64,000 nucleotides of DNA from Lama glama (Eukaryota): positions 31,002,001 through 31,066,000 of the forward strand of contig CM052817.1 in assembly GCA_028534125.1 (NCBI GenBank), in the 5' to 3' direction. Below the pieces are notes generated by a model. The model did no database searches. It was not told where the DNA came from and worked only from the letters and a program-made list of their open reading frames with translations. A program made the position numbers and the translations under genes. Below are positions 38,273 through 51,725 of this stretch, one piece after another; positions within the stretch are counted from its first letter, which is position 1, and the number at the start of each line of letters is the position of its first letter.

Positions 38273-40185
38273 GTAAGGGTGAACCAGCGAACCCCTTTGA
38301 CGGTTTCCCTGCCTTCCATTTCACTACTCACCCCTCTTTTCCTCTTTCTCTGTTTCTTCATTCTGTCTCCTTTCCCTCCCCCAATAATTGTGTTCAGATT
38401 GGATGAAGTGCTTCAAAACTAGAGTTTAGGGCTTTTGTTGAACTTAAAAAGAGAGAGAGAGAGAAACTTAGACCATTTCAGTAACTTGACTCCAGGAGAG
38501 GAATTATTTTATCTATTCTGAGTGCTGGGGTTTGTGAAAAGATATATTTATGCACACACAACCCTATATGATCTCATAGTGAAATCGAACAGTTTAAAGC
38601 CATTTTGGCTCTGTCTCAAAGGTATTAAAGAGGCTGAGGGTTAACAATTTTAACCCAGTAAATAAACCACGGGTTAATTCCTTAGGAAGAAAAAGGTATT
38701 TTTCTTGGAGCTTGCTCAGAAATATCTTTCACCGGAGCGCTACCAAAAAAAATGAAAAAAATAAAAGCCCGCGTGCTTCCTCGCAAACATTAACTTTGCA
38801 GAACTTAATTGTTGTTTAGGGCTCCCTTCAACTTACATTATAAACATAATGTTCTACTTTACCATATATAGCAGAGACACGTCTGTTGGTTAGTGAAACT
38901 CCAGTCGAGGGTCGAGCCCCCCGTCCCTTCAGAAATGATGTATTTTAACTGTTCTTAACCATGAGGGCATGTTAACTCAGGTGTTTAGAATGTTATCTAA
39001 TTAACACCAGCGCTGCTTCTTGCTTCCTTTCACGTGAGTTCTTTCCAAGGAGAAAAACAATTCCATAGTTTGAGAGCAAGCCTCCGACTCTAATCAACCT
39101 TGAAAGATGAATCCGCAAAGGGTGGGGGTGGGGGACGCCTTATCCATCAAAGTTCGTGTGTCAGAAAGGCAACTCCAGGGGAGAGCATTGTTTTTAAATT
39201 AGGCTAGGTCACATTTCTGTGAAGAATACCATCATTAAAAAAAATTTGATGGCTTGTTTAGAGCCAATATATAGCACATGCTTATTGTAACAGGGTAAAC
39301 TCATTCAGTGCCCAGGCGTAAGCCTCCACTCCAATTTACCTCAAAAAGGAGTGTCTGCTCCTTCTGGACTCTTCTATTCCCCATTACAAATACATGTTAT
39401 TTACACTGAGATAGTTTGTTTTATTACAAGGGGATCATACTGTATATGTTTTTTTAAAAAAATCCAACATTCAAAAAGGTTTTAGAGAGTTTTAAAAAAT
39501 AACATTGTAACTGCTAACTTAACATTTGTTAAATTATATGAAAAAGATGGAGAATCTAAGCGGTCTAAAACAGGATGTCAGGAATGTTTGACCTTTGCAT
39601 AGCAAGAACTGAATACTTATTCAATACAGTTACTTAGTGACTAAATAGAATTGGAATAGGATGTCGTTTACTTTGGTGCCAGTAAAATGAAGGAAATGCT
39701 CAGAATTTGATTATAATTTATAATAGAACAGAGGTGACTCATCTGTTAGATAAATGGACTTCTTAGAATTAATTTTTAAAATTAAGAGGTAAAAAATGTC
39801 CACACATTCAAGCCTTCATCACAGGTCCTATTGTCTGATCTAGTTGAAAGTCTTTTTAATGAAGGAAAATCAAAGAAAATGCTACAAACAAGATCGCTTG
39901 GTGATTTTCAAAACCCATAACATTAGTGAAGATACATTTAATAGCTTGTCAGTGCTTGAAAAAAGGAGACTGTGTTTATCACCTTTAAAACAATTACACA
40001 TGTGCTGGATGCTCTCTGCTCTCCTACGCAGTACTTACAGCAGCTGAGAAGCCTTCCTTATCAAATAGAAGAGGTTTGTTCTTAAGACATTATTCCCTTC
40101 CTATTGTGAAAGAATTTCAATGTAAAAGGGAACCAGAGGGATAGAATGGAAAGTCTCTCAGGCACGTTCTTTCAGAAAAGCAAAA

Positions 40186-40648
40186 TGTAGAGACCGAAAG
40201 ACTGATTTCCCGTAAATGCTAAATTGACAGAAGACTGATAAATTGGAATTTTCTTACATATTAGGGAGTTGATCAGAGGTTGCCTCGTATCAGTCTTGGA
40301 AAGGTTTTGCTTGTGGTTTCCAGAGGAATGAACAAGAAATGAAGAAATGACCCAGGTCGAACTGGTCTCAAAAAATGGAGTGAATTGAGTTTTGTTTGTA
40401 TGGCTACACTGGTTTCATCTGCTCAGGGAATTTTCAAAGCAGGTCTCCGTTTATTTTTACTTTAACAGACTCTCCGTGAACTCTCCCCTCTTTACATGTC
40501 CTGCCCATAAATACAGCCTATTCCCAACCCTCAGTAGCCTCATCTGTAGCTCGCTATAGTTTGTGTGTCCTGAATTGCAGTTCCTCTGCTATTCCCCAAT
40601 AACCTCATCTCTGAACTTGCCTCAATTTACCTCTTTATTTAGATAGAC
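40186..40648 (+). mobile_element. Probable solo LTR (ERV1-like) in ATP10D intron 1
   Basis: TG...CA ends, CATAAATA box near 40506, decayed poly(A) signal near 40598. No clear TSD. Confidence 0.45.
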
Positions 40649-40799
40649 ATTACTATTGTGGCTGGATTTATTTCAGTTCAGAAATCATCTTAGTCATAGA
40701 AATGGTACTTTTCACAAAACCAGTACCACTTACAGTAAGAAGTAATAATGGTACTAGTTTCATAAGAGTGTGGCTCTAATGGAATCTTTCTTTATGCTG

Positions 40800-42005
40800 C
40801 TCACTAAAGGGTATATTCATACAACTATTGGAGGTAGTACTATGGGAATGTGTATTAAAACCTGTAAATGTTTGTAGACTTTGACTCAATAATCTTAGGT
40901 CTAGAAATATAGCCTAAGGAAATCATCCAGATTCCACATGAAGATTTATAAATATGCTCTTTACAAGGTTGTCTGCAATACGGAAAAACATTGGAAATAA
41001 ACTAAAGCCCCCAATAGCAAAATATTTAAGCAAAGCAATGTATTATATATCTATATTGATAAAATTCAGTTTCTAAAATATTTTTGAAAAAATGTCCTTG
41101 TTTAGAAAGTCCTTGCAATGTATTGAGTGAAAAAAGCAAGATTTAATATATTATTTTGAAAGTATGAAATACAATTTTGAAGTGAATACATATATCATTG
41201 AATAAATATTAAGTTCTTACTATACATCAGGAATTGTTCTAAATTAACATTTAACAAGACTGTTTCAGTTCCCACTTGTATACAAGTTCCTGTTTGTATC
41301 AGTGGATATATCATCCACTGATGTAGCATAAACAAAAAAAATTAGATTGTGAGGTTGTAGTTACAGCTTTTTGTTTTTTTAATATTTTCCCTGATATTTC
41401 CAAATCTTCTACAGCAGCTATTATTTTTATAATCACAAAAATGTTATTTTGAAAAATATCACCAAGAAATACCATAACCAAAATTAAAAGACAAACTCTA
41501 AGCTCTAAACTCTAAACTTTATATGCTAGTATACCCTTTTCAAATGATATTATAAAAAGCAGTGAGAGATTAACACTCCTATAAAAAATGATCTCCAATG
41601 AAAAATAGACATAAATGGGCAATTCACAAAGAAAAAAATGACTTTTCTAAGGTTTAGGGGAGAGGTATGTTAACCTAATAATCAGAGAATACTTAGCATA
41701 GCAGTAAGTTACTGTATTTTTACACATCACGATAACAAACATGGAAAGCAAATCAAACTGTGTGAGGTGGTTGGGAAGACTAATGATATGGGAAAAAATT
41801 AAAAACTGAAAAAAAAGTAAGTTACAAAATGATATCATACATTTGAAAAAAATCTGATCTATGCATAGAAACTACTTTATTCACAGAGAATAAGCCAAAT
41901 GTTAATAGTACTTACATTTGGCTGATGGGATTATAGAGAATTTCTGTTTTTCTCATGGTATTAATCTGAAGTTTCTAAAATTTCTACAGTGAATATATTT
42001 TAGTT
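40800..42005 (+). mobile_element. Ancient L1ME-like fragments
   Basis: ctttgactcaataatct...ctagaaat...cctaaggaaat landmarks, A-rich. Confidence 0.55.
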
Positions 42006-42488
42006 ATCAGGGGAAGAAGTCGCTATCTTAATAAGGCAATTTGTCCTAGAAAGAAGAGCACGTAGACAGTATTATCTTCCCTTTTACACAGCCTCCAGGC
42101 TCACTGTGTGTAATTCCCTGTCAGGTGTCATTGTTTCTGAATTATATTTGCTGGTGAGAACATTTGGATTATAAGGGAAATCAAAAGATAAAACTTACTC
42201 TAGTCACATTCTCATGTTCACTCTTCTGCCCCCAGCTGTTTTCTGAAATAACAAACCTTTTTGGTCTGATTTGAGCTTTATTCCTTTCCATTTCCTGTTG
42301 ATGACGTCTGCAAGGGTCTCCTGCTGATAACTCTTAATTAGATACTCCTTAATTTATTTTGCTATAATCTTCTTATTCCATTTAAGGCCATCAAGAATGA
42401 ATAATATGAATACAACTACACTTCTGTTAGCAAAGCAATCTTACAAAATTCCAACACTTTATGTAGGATAAATAATTTTAAAATCTTA

Positions 42489-42988
42489 NNNNNNNNNNNN
42501 NNNNNNNNNNNNNNNNNNNNNNNNNNNNNNNNNNNNNNNNNNNNNNNNNNNNNNNNNNNNNNNNNNNNNNNNNNNNNNNNNNNNNNNNNNNNNNNNNNNN
42601 NNNNNNNNNNNNNNNNNNNNNNNNNNNNNNNNNNNNNNNNNNNNNNNNNNNNNNNNNNNNNNNNNNNNNNNNNNNNNNNNNNNNNNNNNNNNNNNNNNNN
42701 NNNNNNNNNNNNNNNNNNNNNNNNNNNNNNNNNNNNNNNNNNNNNNNNNNNNNNNNNNNNNNNNNNNNNNNNNNNNNNNNNNNNNNNNNNNNNNNNNNNN
42801 NNNNNNNNNNNNNNNNNNNNNNNNNNNNNNNNNNNNNNNNNNNNNNNNNNNNNNNNNNNNNNNNNNNNNNNNNNNNNNNNNNNNNNNNNNNNNNNNNNNN
42901 NNNNNNNNNNNNNNNNNNNNNNNNNNNNNNNNNNNNNNNNNNNNNNNNNNNNNNNNNNNNNNNNNNNNNNNNNNNNNNNNNNNNNNNN
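42489..42988. other. Assembly gap, exactly 500 N
   Basis: Run of N. Confidence 1.
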
Positions 42989-43230
42989 TTTCCTTCTGGA
43001 TACAAGCCCAGGAGTGGGATTCCTGGGTCATATGGTAAGTCTATTCCTAGTCTTTTGAGGAATCTCCACACTGTTTTCCATAGTGGCTGCACTAAACTGC
43101 ATTCCCACCAGCAGTGTAGGAGGGTTCCCCTTTCTCCACAGCCTCTCCAGCATTTGTCATTTGTGGATTTTTGAATGACGGCCATTCTGACTGGTGTGAG
43201 GTGATACCTCATTGTAGTTTTGATTTGCAT
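42989..43230 (-). mobile_element. Well-preserved L1 ORF2 C-terminal fragment with intact C-x3-C-x7-H-x4-C motif
   Basis: [44 protein letters not shown]..., open for 80 codons up to the gap. Confidence 0.95.
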
Positions 43231-44740
43231 TAGAAATGCAATGGATTTCTGTACGTTAATTTTGTATCCTGTAACTTTACTGAATGCATTTATTCTAATA
43301 GTTTTTTTTTTTGGTAGAGTTATTAGAGTTTTCTGTATATACTATCATGTCATCTGCAATTAGTGACAATTGTACTTCTTTTTTTTCTAATTTGGATATC
43401 TTTTACTTCTTTTTCTTTTCTGATTTCTGAACCTAAGACTTCTAGTACTACGTTGAATAAAAGTGGAAGAGTAGGCATACTTGTGCCTTACTGTAGAGTA
43501 AAAGCTCACAGCTTTTTACTGTTGAGTATGATGTTAGCTATGAGTTTGTCATAAATGGCTTCTATTATGCTGAGGGATGTTCCCTCTATACTCACTTTGT
43601 TGAGAGTTTTTATCTTGAATAGATGTTAAATTTTGAACTTTGTCAAATGCTTCTCCTGCATCTATTGAAATGATCATATGATTTTTGTCTTTCATTTTGT
43701 TAATGTGGTATATATCACATTGATTTGTAAATATTGAACCATCCTTGCATCCTGGGATAAATCTCACTTAATTATGATGTATAAGCCTGTCAATGTATTA
43801 TTGGATTCAGTTTGCTAATATTTGTTGAGGATTTTTGCATCTATGTTCACCAGGGATATTGGCTTATAATTATCTTTGGAGTGCCTTTTTCTGGTTTTGG
43901 TATCAGATTAATACTGGCTTCACAGAATAAATTTGGAAATATTCCCTCCTCTTCAGTTTTTGGAATAGTTTGAGATGGTAGGAATTAACTTTTTAAAATA
44001 TGTGGTAGAATTCCCCAGTGAAGCCATCTTATCCTGGACTTTTGTTTATTGGGAGTTTTTTCTTTTTCTTTAATCACTGGGTTAATTTTATTACCAGTAA
44101 TTGGTCTGTTCAGATTTTCTGTTTCTACCTGATTCAGTCTTGGAAGACTGTATATTTCTAGGAATTTATCCATTTCTTCTAGGTTATTCAATTTGTTGAT
44201 GTCTAATTGTTCATACTTTTATGGTTGATTGTGTTTCTGTAATATCAGTTGTAACTTCTCCTCTTTCATTTTTAATTTTATTTATTTGGGCCTCCACTTG
44301 ATTTTTTTTTTGATGAGTCTGGCTGAAAGTTTATCAATTTTATCTTTTCAAAAAACCAGCTCTTAGTTTCATTAACTTTTGTGTGGTTTTTTAGTCTCTA
44401 TTTCATTTCTTTCCACTTTGCTGTTTATTATTTCCTCTTCCTACTAACTTTAGATTTAGCTTATTCTTCTTTAATTCTATTAGGTGTATAAAGTTAGGTT
44501 GTTTACTTGAGATTTTTCTTGTTTCTTGAGGTAGGTCTTTTTTGCTGTGAACTCATCTTGTAGAACTGCTTTTGCTGTGTCCATGGATTTTGGAGTTATT
44601 TCTGCTTTTATTTACCCATGATTTTTTTTTAATTTTCTCTCTGATTTCTTAATTGACCCATTGGGTTTTTAGTAGCATGTTGTTTAATTTCCACATGTTT
44701 GGTTTTTTGTCTAATTTTTTTTCTATAACTGATTTTTGTA
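43231..44740 (-). mobile_element. Degraded L1 ORF2 (endonuclease end to RT)
   Basis: [31 protein letters not shown] and [14 protein letters not shown] motifs, with frameshifts. Confidence 0.92.
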
Positions 44741-47429
44741 CGTGTTTCATAAGGGAAAAAGAAGGGGGTGTTTTTTTCCTATCCTTTGATCTTGGGTGTA
44801 TTTTTGGAAGATGATTAAAGGAAGCAAATATGAATCCTCATGACTCTTAGTAGAGAATTTGTGCCTAGGGAATCATTTTCCCTGAGTGTAGAGGTGGGAA
44901 ACAATACCATTTCCTACTGTGAGCATTAAAATTGTTATCAATTAATTCCATATAAAGTTAGAGTTCCAGTATAGAAGTGTTTCCATAGTGCATCTGTTTA
45001 CAACATAAGCTATATTCTTTTAATGTACTTTGGATTTAATTTAAGCCTCTCATGTATCGCTGGAAATTTTGTTTGTCGGCTTTCTTGATCCTTCCTGGCC
45101 TGTGTGATGTTAAACACAGTCATTTCAGAATATTGTAGGTTGATCACGTTGCGAAGATGCTAGGAATCAACAGAAGAATCTTGAAATAGGTTCCTAAGTA
45201 GGAATTGAGAGTCTTCTGATCTGCAAGTGTTTTCTTACCCACTGACTTTAATTTCTAATATAAAGAGCAATGAAGGTGATATTTGTAAAGCATAACACTT
45301 ATTTTTGAGATTACTTTGATATCTAGAAATGTATATGCTCTACATAAGTAGAGCATATTTTACTGTAACAATTATCTGAACTTTCTGTTGCGGAATAACA
45401 TTTAAATTCTGTTTCAAACCTAATTTTCATAAAGAAGACAATCTCCTAAAACCATCCATCCATTTAAGTAAGCTATCTCTTAAAATTTAACCAGCCATAT
45501 CTATGAGGTATTTTTATTAATTGACTTTTGTCCAAAAGAGACCTGAATGCTTTACTTGGTTTTGCAACATTTTAAATTACATTCGGGATTTCTTGGCAGT
45601 GACACATATATATTGCATGATATTTATGATGAAGTTTAAATACTCAATTATGTCTTTCTTGTTTTCTCTGATATAATATTGAGTATTTTTCTTATTTCAT
45701 ACACATGCTGCTTGTGGGCTTGGATGCGAATATTCTTTTTCAGCTTTGAGGCATCATTGCTTATTTTGCATTCTATAAGGCTGTTCTTGAAAAGCAAAAA
45801 CTTGAAGGATTGCATCTTTTCCCTACATCTTAAATGTAGAAGCTATACATTAGCTTCTATGTATACTTTTCTCCACTATACGCATAGGCTTCATGAAGTT
45901 GGATGGGTTTTGAGTGGTTAGGGTTTTGGAATAGTTCTTGATTGAAATAAAGGTCTGTCTTCTAATTATAAAGTAAGTATATAAGTTCATGGTGAAAAGT
46001 AAGGGCAGTTACAAATGATACTTTAAAATCATCTACTAATATACTACTTCAAAGTAACCAGTGTTAAAAATTTTTTAAATGTTTTTAAAATGTTAGAATT
46101 ATATATAGTTGAAATGATACATATACACAGGTCTAAATCATGGTTTAAAATCATATAAACTTTAAGGATTTTCTTGCTTATAAAATTTATTTAAACATCC
46201 TATTCACTAGCTGTATTATATTTTCATTTAGATATACCACAATTTAACAGTTTCCCTTTTTCTGGACAGTTTGGGTTAGTGCTCCTTCCAGTGCTGAACT
46301 GATCATCTTTCAGCTGAATTTCTTTATGGTATATTACCTGTTGGCTCCAGAAAATTAAAAGCAGGCCAGACTCTCCCCAGCACTATGAGAAAGCTTGCCT
46401 TTGTTGAATGCTATGAATAAAGAAACTCTGCTGCATTAAAGGCAAAAAAAAAAAAAAAAGCAAACAAAAACAACAACAAAAAAAACCTAGCTCTTCTTTA
46501 ATTGCTATTCTTAGGTTACTAGTGAAGTTGAAAATATATATTTTTTCTACTTATTTGCAGTGTGTCATTTTCTGTGTTTATTCATGCTCTTTTCCCAAGT
46601 TTGCTCTGTTGCAAATATTTAAAACCCCAAATGAATAATTTCTAATACTGCTTTTATACAGTATTAATGTAAAAAGTAGGCCATTGTGAGTGATAATAGG
46701 ACTTCTTAGGGTGAAACTGAAACAAAAGAGCAGATCCTATACATTAGCTGTGAAAATTTTCAGATAGATAACAAATCTGAATAAATCTTAGTTCTTTTAA
46801 GGTCTGAGCATACTATCATATACAATTTTAACAGGCATAAAATCTTGTGTTCAAATTGAGTTAAATAATTTACGACACATTTGTAAATAATGACATAGTT
46901 GGGAAATTAACAAAAGGCTACTTATATATGTGTGAATAATAAAACGGTAGTGGAGGGAAGAGCTGGATTATTTTACGTGAGCTGTCACTGACTTGATGTG
47001 TAATACTGGGCAATCAGTGTCCTGAATCTCCATGTTCTTTCTTCTAAAATAAAATATTTACTTGGATAACTAAGTTTTTTTTTCCAGCTTTAAAATTCTG
47101 AATTTCCTCTTTAAGTTGCTAAGCCTTATCATCTTTAAAATACTTTTCCTAACCTGGTAGGAATGTTGGCATCAAACGATTAATAAGTGCTCTCACAATA
47201 GTAAGAATAGCTGCCACTCATTGACCTACGTGCGTTCTCGTTAACTCCTCACAATAAACTGAGAGAGGAGGTCTTATTTTCCTGATGGGGAAACTGAGGG
47301 TTATACAGTGCCTCACTGGGGCTGAATGGTTAGAATCAAGATTTGAACTCATAACTGAGCGAAAAGCTTCTCTTTCCACTCTGCTAGCTACCTCTCTCTT
47401 GAACAAATGTGGTGGTTTGCTAGAGACCA

Positions 47430-47637
47430 GCGCTTTCAGCAGTGGCATTATTGGTATTTGGGGTCAGATTGTTATTTGCTGTCAGCTGCTGTCCTGTGCA
47501 TTATAACAGCATCCATGGCATCTGTCCCTTAGCACTCATCCTCTCAGCTGTGGTAACCAGTGATGTCTCTAGGTATTCCCAAATGTCCCCGAGGTGGGGT
47601 GTATGGGGCAAAATTCCCTTCAGCCAAGGATCACTGA
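47430..47637. mobile_element. MER20-like hAT element
   Basis: ctgtcctgtgcatt...agcatccatggcatct...atgtctctagg...ccaaatgtcccc...atcactg. Confidence 0.7.
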
Positions 47638-47829
47638 CTTAATACAAGTTAAGTCATCAACAGTCTCAGAATAAATATAATTATTATCTCTGGCAAAGGG
47701 AGATGGCTTTAGGTCATCTTGGATTTCAAAGATCAGGACGGAATTGACCAAGTAGAATCCCAGCAAAGGACCCCACTCCATCATTCAATAATACTTCCTT
47801 GCATACTTTTTTGATTGCATGACCTTTTT

Positions 47830-47962
47830 GTGTGTGTGTGTGTGTGAGGGTAGGTAATTAGGTCTATTTATTTATTTATTTTTAAAAGAGGTACCAAAGA
47901 TTAAATCCGGGACCTCATGCATGCTAAGCCTGTGCTCTACCACTTGAGCTATACCCTCCCCC
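47830..47962 (-). mobile_element. Camelid tRNA-derived SINE (Vic-1-like) with (CA)n in its tail
   Basis: Reverse strand reads ggggagggtatagctcaagtggtagagc...cctaattacct; flanked by a decayed TSD. Confidence 0.88.
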
Positions 47963-49474
47963 ACTTGATTGTGCGACTTTTATCCTTTTGAGATTTTTCT
48001 TGTTGGAAGAGTACTCATTCCTGGATGCAGAGTATACCACCCTGAACCTGGCTAGAAACTAATTAATTAATTTAAATATATTCAATGAGTGCTTGTCATG
48101 TACTGGGCATTGTCCAGTTGCTGGTTAAAGCAGTGAACCAGATGGTCTTGTAGAGGAAGCAGATATGAAACAAATAATTATAGCTCATTTCCCCTTTCTT
48201 TATCTATTAAATAGTCTGTAAAGCATATCTTTAGAATCACAATACAATTTACACACACGTGCACACACACACACGTATGCACACAGTTTATCACAAAGAG
48301 CTGAAGTTCGCCTTCTTTCATACAAGTGAGTAAACATACCACACTAGGAAATTTGTGTTCTTCTGTTAGTTTAAAAAGACACTCATGCTAGATTTCAAAA
48401 AGAGCACTTACCTGGAGTCTAACTCCATTTCAGAACTGACTTGTTTATCTGTTGGTGAGTTTTTTAATGCTCTTAGTATTTTCTGCTCTGAGACCTGGCC
48501 ATAAACATGTCACAGTTTTTCTCATGAGGATTAATCTCTGCAGTATTTCAGGTAATGAGGGAATCTCATGAACTTCATGTCTGATCCCTCTCCTGAACTG
48601 TGTGCTCCTTGAGAACAAGAACCATGGAGTTTACATAGGACTTTTCATCATTTTGGTTGCAGTGCCTGGAACAGTATTTGGCTTACATATGGTAGCCTTT
48701 TAGTACCTATTTCTTAAACAGATAGGAGGAAAAGAGATCTCTGAACAGTGAGAATCAGTTTCACTAAATAAGTCTAAAGTTTCTGTATTCTGCTCCCTGA
48801 AGACCATTGAGGTTGTTAATTCAACATATTTGTTTATTGTAAGGTATTTGGAAGTAGGAGTTAAATCTTTTTTTATTGAAACTTAAATTTTGATAAAGGC
48901 AGATATTTGGGCAGCCAAGAGAGATACAAACATGTGAAATCAGATGTGAGCATTCAAAACAAGGAGGTCTTCAACTGCTGGATGAAAACCTTTGGATATA
49001 CGTCTGAAGACCCTGAGGGCATCACTATATGAGAGCACTTTGCAGTAATTGGTGCTTTGAGCTGTGGTGCTGATTTCTCAGAGAATTTATTTAAAATGCG
49101 GTATAAAATGTAGGAAAATTGAGAGTGCATTCATAATGATTTCTTGCCACGATGAAATTGTTTTGATACTTGAGGAATAAACCTTAAGCCTTCTGAAAAA
49201 AATACAACTTCCTTCCTGAGAGTTTTAGAACAAAGAAATTCAAGTACCTTGGCTTTTTTTTAAAAAGTTTTATTTCCTTCCTTTTGCAGTCTTGTCGGTG
49301 GCCATTTTAGGGTTACATGCTGTAGATCTTAATATGAACTATAAGACCTTGAAGATGCATGATAAAAGCTGTAATGAGATATGAAATAACTAAGTTTATA
49401 TCACATCTAGAGTTGGTGTGTTTAAGATTGTTGAAGGTATTCTGGTCTTTACTGCATGTAAGGGAGGTGTTGTT

Positions 49475-50150
49475 TTATTCATTCATCTGTATGTGCATTC
49501 CACAAATTGATAGTGGAAGTCTACTCTGTGTCTGTTAGTGCTCTAAGCCTAGGTTACATCCATGGACAAAAAAGAAATTCCTACTCTGCTGAAAGGGGAG
49601 ACAACAGTAGCTCAAATACAAAAACAGTTATATATTGATAGAAAATGACTTAAGAATTCTATGAAAAATGGAAGGAGAATAGAGATTGCTGAGGCAAGTC
49701 TGTGTAGAGGGTAGAGTAAAGGGGAGAAGCAATAGGTTGGAGAGGACATTGGGAGGCAGATACATATGGCACTGGTGGCTGTTATTATAATTAAGATGGG
49801 AGCCTTTAGAGACTTTTAAATTGTGGAAATGTCAGGTTTTAACTTGTGTTAACACGACAGGTAATAGTGTTGGACTAGGTGATAGTGGTGGAGGGGATGC
49901 TGAGTGGTGAGAATCCGGATGTATTTTAAAGGTAGAGCCAACAGAGTTTGCTGACTGACTGTATGTGGGTCGTGAGGAAAAGACAGGACCCAGGATAACT
50001 CAAGGCCTTTCAGGCTGAGGATCTAGAAGGATCAAGTTGCAGTCAACTAACTGACAGGGCTAATCTGTAGGGTGATCAGGTTTTGGGGAGAAATATCAGG
50101 AGCTCAGTTTTGCATGTGACACCATCTGGAGATGAGCCCAAATGGAGTTG
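49475..50150 (-). mobile_element. L2 fragments
   Basis: ttcattcat start and attttaaaggtagagccaacagagtttgctga motif. Confidence 0.7.
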
Positions 50151-51667
50151 AGCTGCCCAGGTCCGTGCTGGAGGGTGGTTATGTGGGGGCAGTCTAAAAG
50201 CTCTCTTCTGATGGCTTTGGTTTTCTCAGTAAAATAGAAACACAGTCATCAGCAGGAAGGAAGTTGAGAGGGAGGTATGGAGAATTGAGAAGAGAGCCTG
50301 AAACAGTTGTCTGTCAAAGTGGGAAAGTGAAGAGACAGAAGTGCTGTTGCGATTGGTGTGTATGGCCAACTCGTGGTTCATGGTCAAGAATTTAAGGTAA
50401 TCTTAATCAGGGACGTTATGTATTTCTCTCAACCACTTTCAACTTGTAGGTACTGGAACAGGGTATGTGGAGATTTACTATAAAGGCTCTGAATGTAACT
50501 AGGTTCAGGGTTTTGCAAAGACAGAAGTGAAAGAGGAGCTAAGAAGTTGAGAGAATGTACAAGGAACTGATAGCTGTGTTGACCACAAAAGTCAGACTGT
50601 GTAAGCAGGGAAGTGAGACCAGGCAGGAATCAGAGGCAGGGAGAACATGGTGGTGGGTCAGTTGCTTATAGGTCTCTGTGGGATCAGAGGTTATTGAAAT
50701 CAGGGTGAAAATGAATCATTTATTTTTATTATTTTTATATAGTGTATCATGTTTCAAATATACGGAAAGAGCTTCCTATTGAATGCATCTAATGAATTTG
50801 TTAAACTTAACTAAACACAAATATTTGAATTTATTTGTTAACTTCAGTCTTTCTAATGAAGCATGCCTTTGGTATTTTTTCCTTCTCAATGACATAAGTT
50901 CTTTCTTCCTTACACTTGTCCTTTTCTTCCTCCCAACCCTCACTTTCTTTGGGAGGCTGCCGGATGCTGTGTGCTTCCTGCCAACCTGTTGCTCAAGAGT
51001 CTGTCCGCCCTGTATCAGAGCCTTCTAATAACTGCAGAGGCTGTTACTGCATCTGAGATACTTGGGTTAGACTTGGACAACCACTTAACCAAGCTGTGTC
51101 ACTTGGGTGAGTTTCTCACTCTGAGCCTCAATTTCCTCGTATTTAAGTGGGGATAATAATATGTGCTTTGTTGTAAGGATTAAAGTTAATATATATTTAT
51201 CTGTAGCACAGAACTTGACATGTCTTTATGAACTATAGATATTGTTAAGACCTTAGGTTTATTGAATTGATAATGTTTTATTAGAGTTGAAGAATCAAAT
51301 CTCAAAAGCATACAATTCTGTTGTTTCAGTAGCACATCGTTCTAAGAGCATCTAGGATTATCAGTGTCAAAATATAGTGTTAATGTTTGCTGTCATTGAC
51401 ATTTTAATATGTGTTTATGTTTTTTCAGCTTATTAAAGAATAAACTGAGACACATTGGGAACTCACTAGGAGTATAGTGAGTTTTTTTTTTAAGTTCCCA
51501 ATAACAGAGATACATCATTTAATTATAGCATTTTCCCTGTCTTTTTGCTGGCTTCATTCAGTTTTGAGCTAAAGCATCAGCCAGAGGTAACTCATTTAGA
51601 TGTGTGGTCCCTTCAAGAAAGCTGAGGTTTGTTGAAGAGAGATAATGAAAATTTCAGTGACTGAGTG

Positions 51668-51669
<2 letters not shown>

Positions 51670-51722
<53 letters not shown>

Positions 51723-51725
51723 TGT
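51670..51725 (+). repeat. (GT)n microsatellite, about 23 pure units plus an interrupted tail
   Basis: Read directly. Confidence 0.97.

Noticed and set aside
42478..43230. 250-aa and 181-aa ORFs
   Set aside because: Length comes from reading through the N gap. The real part is L1 ORF2.
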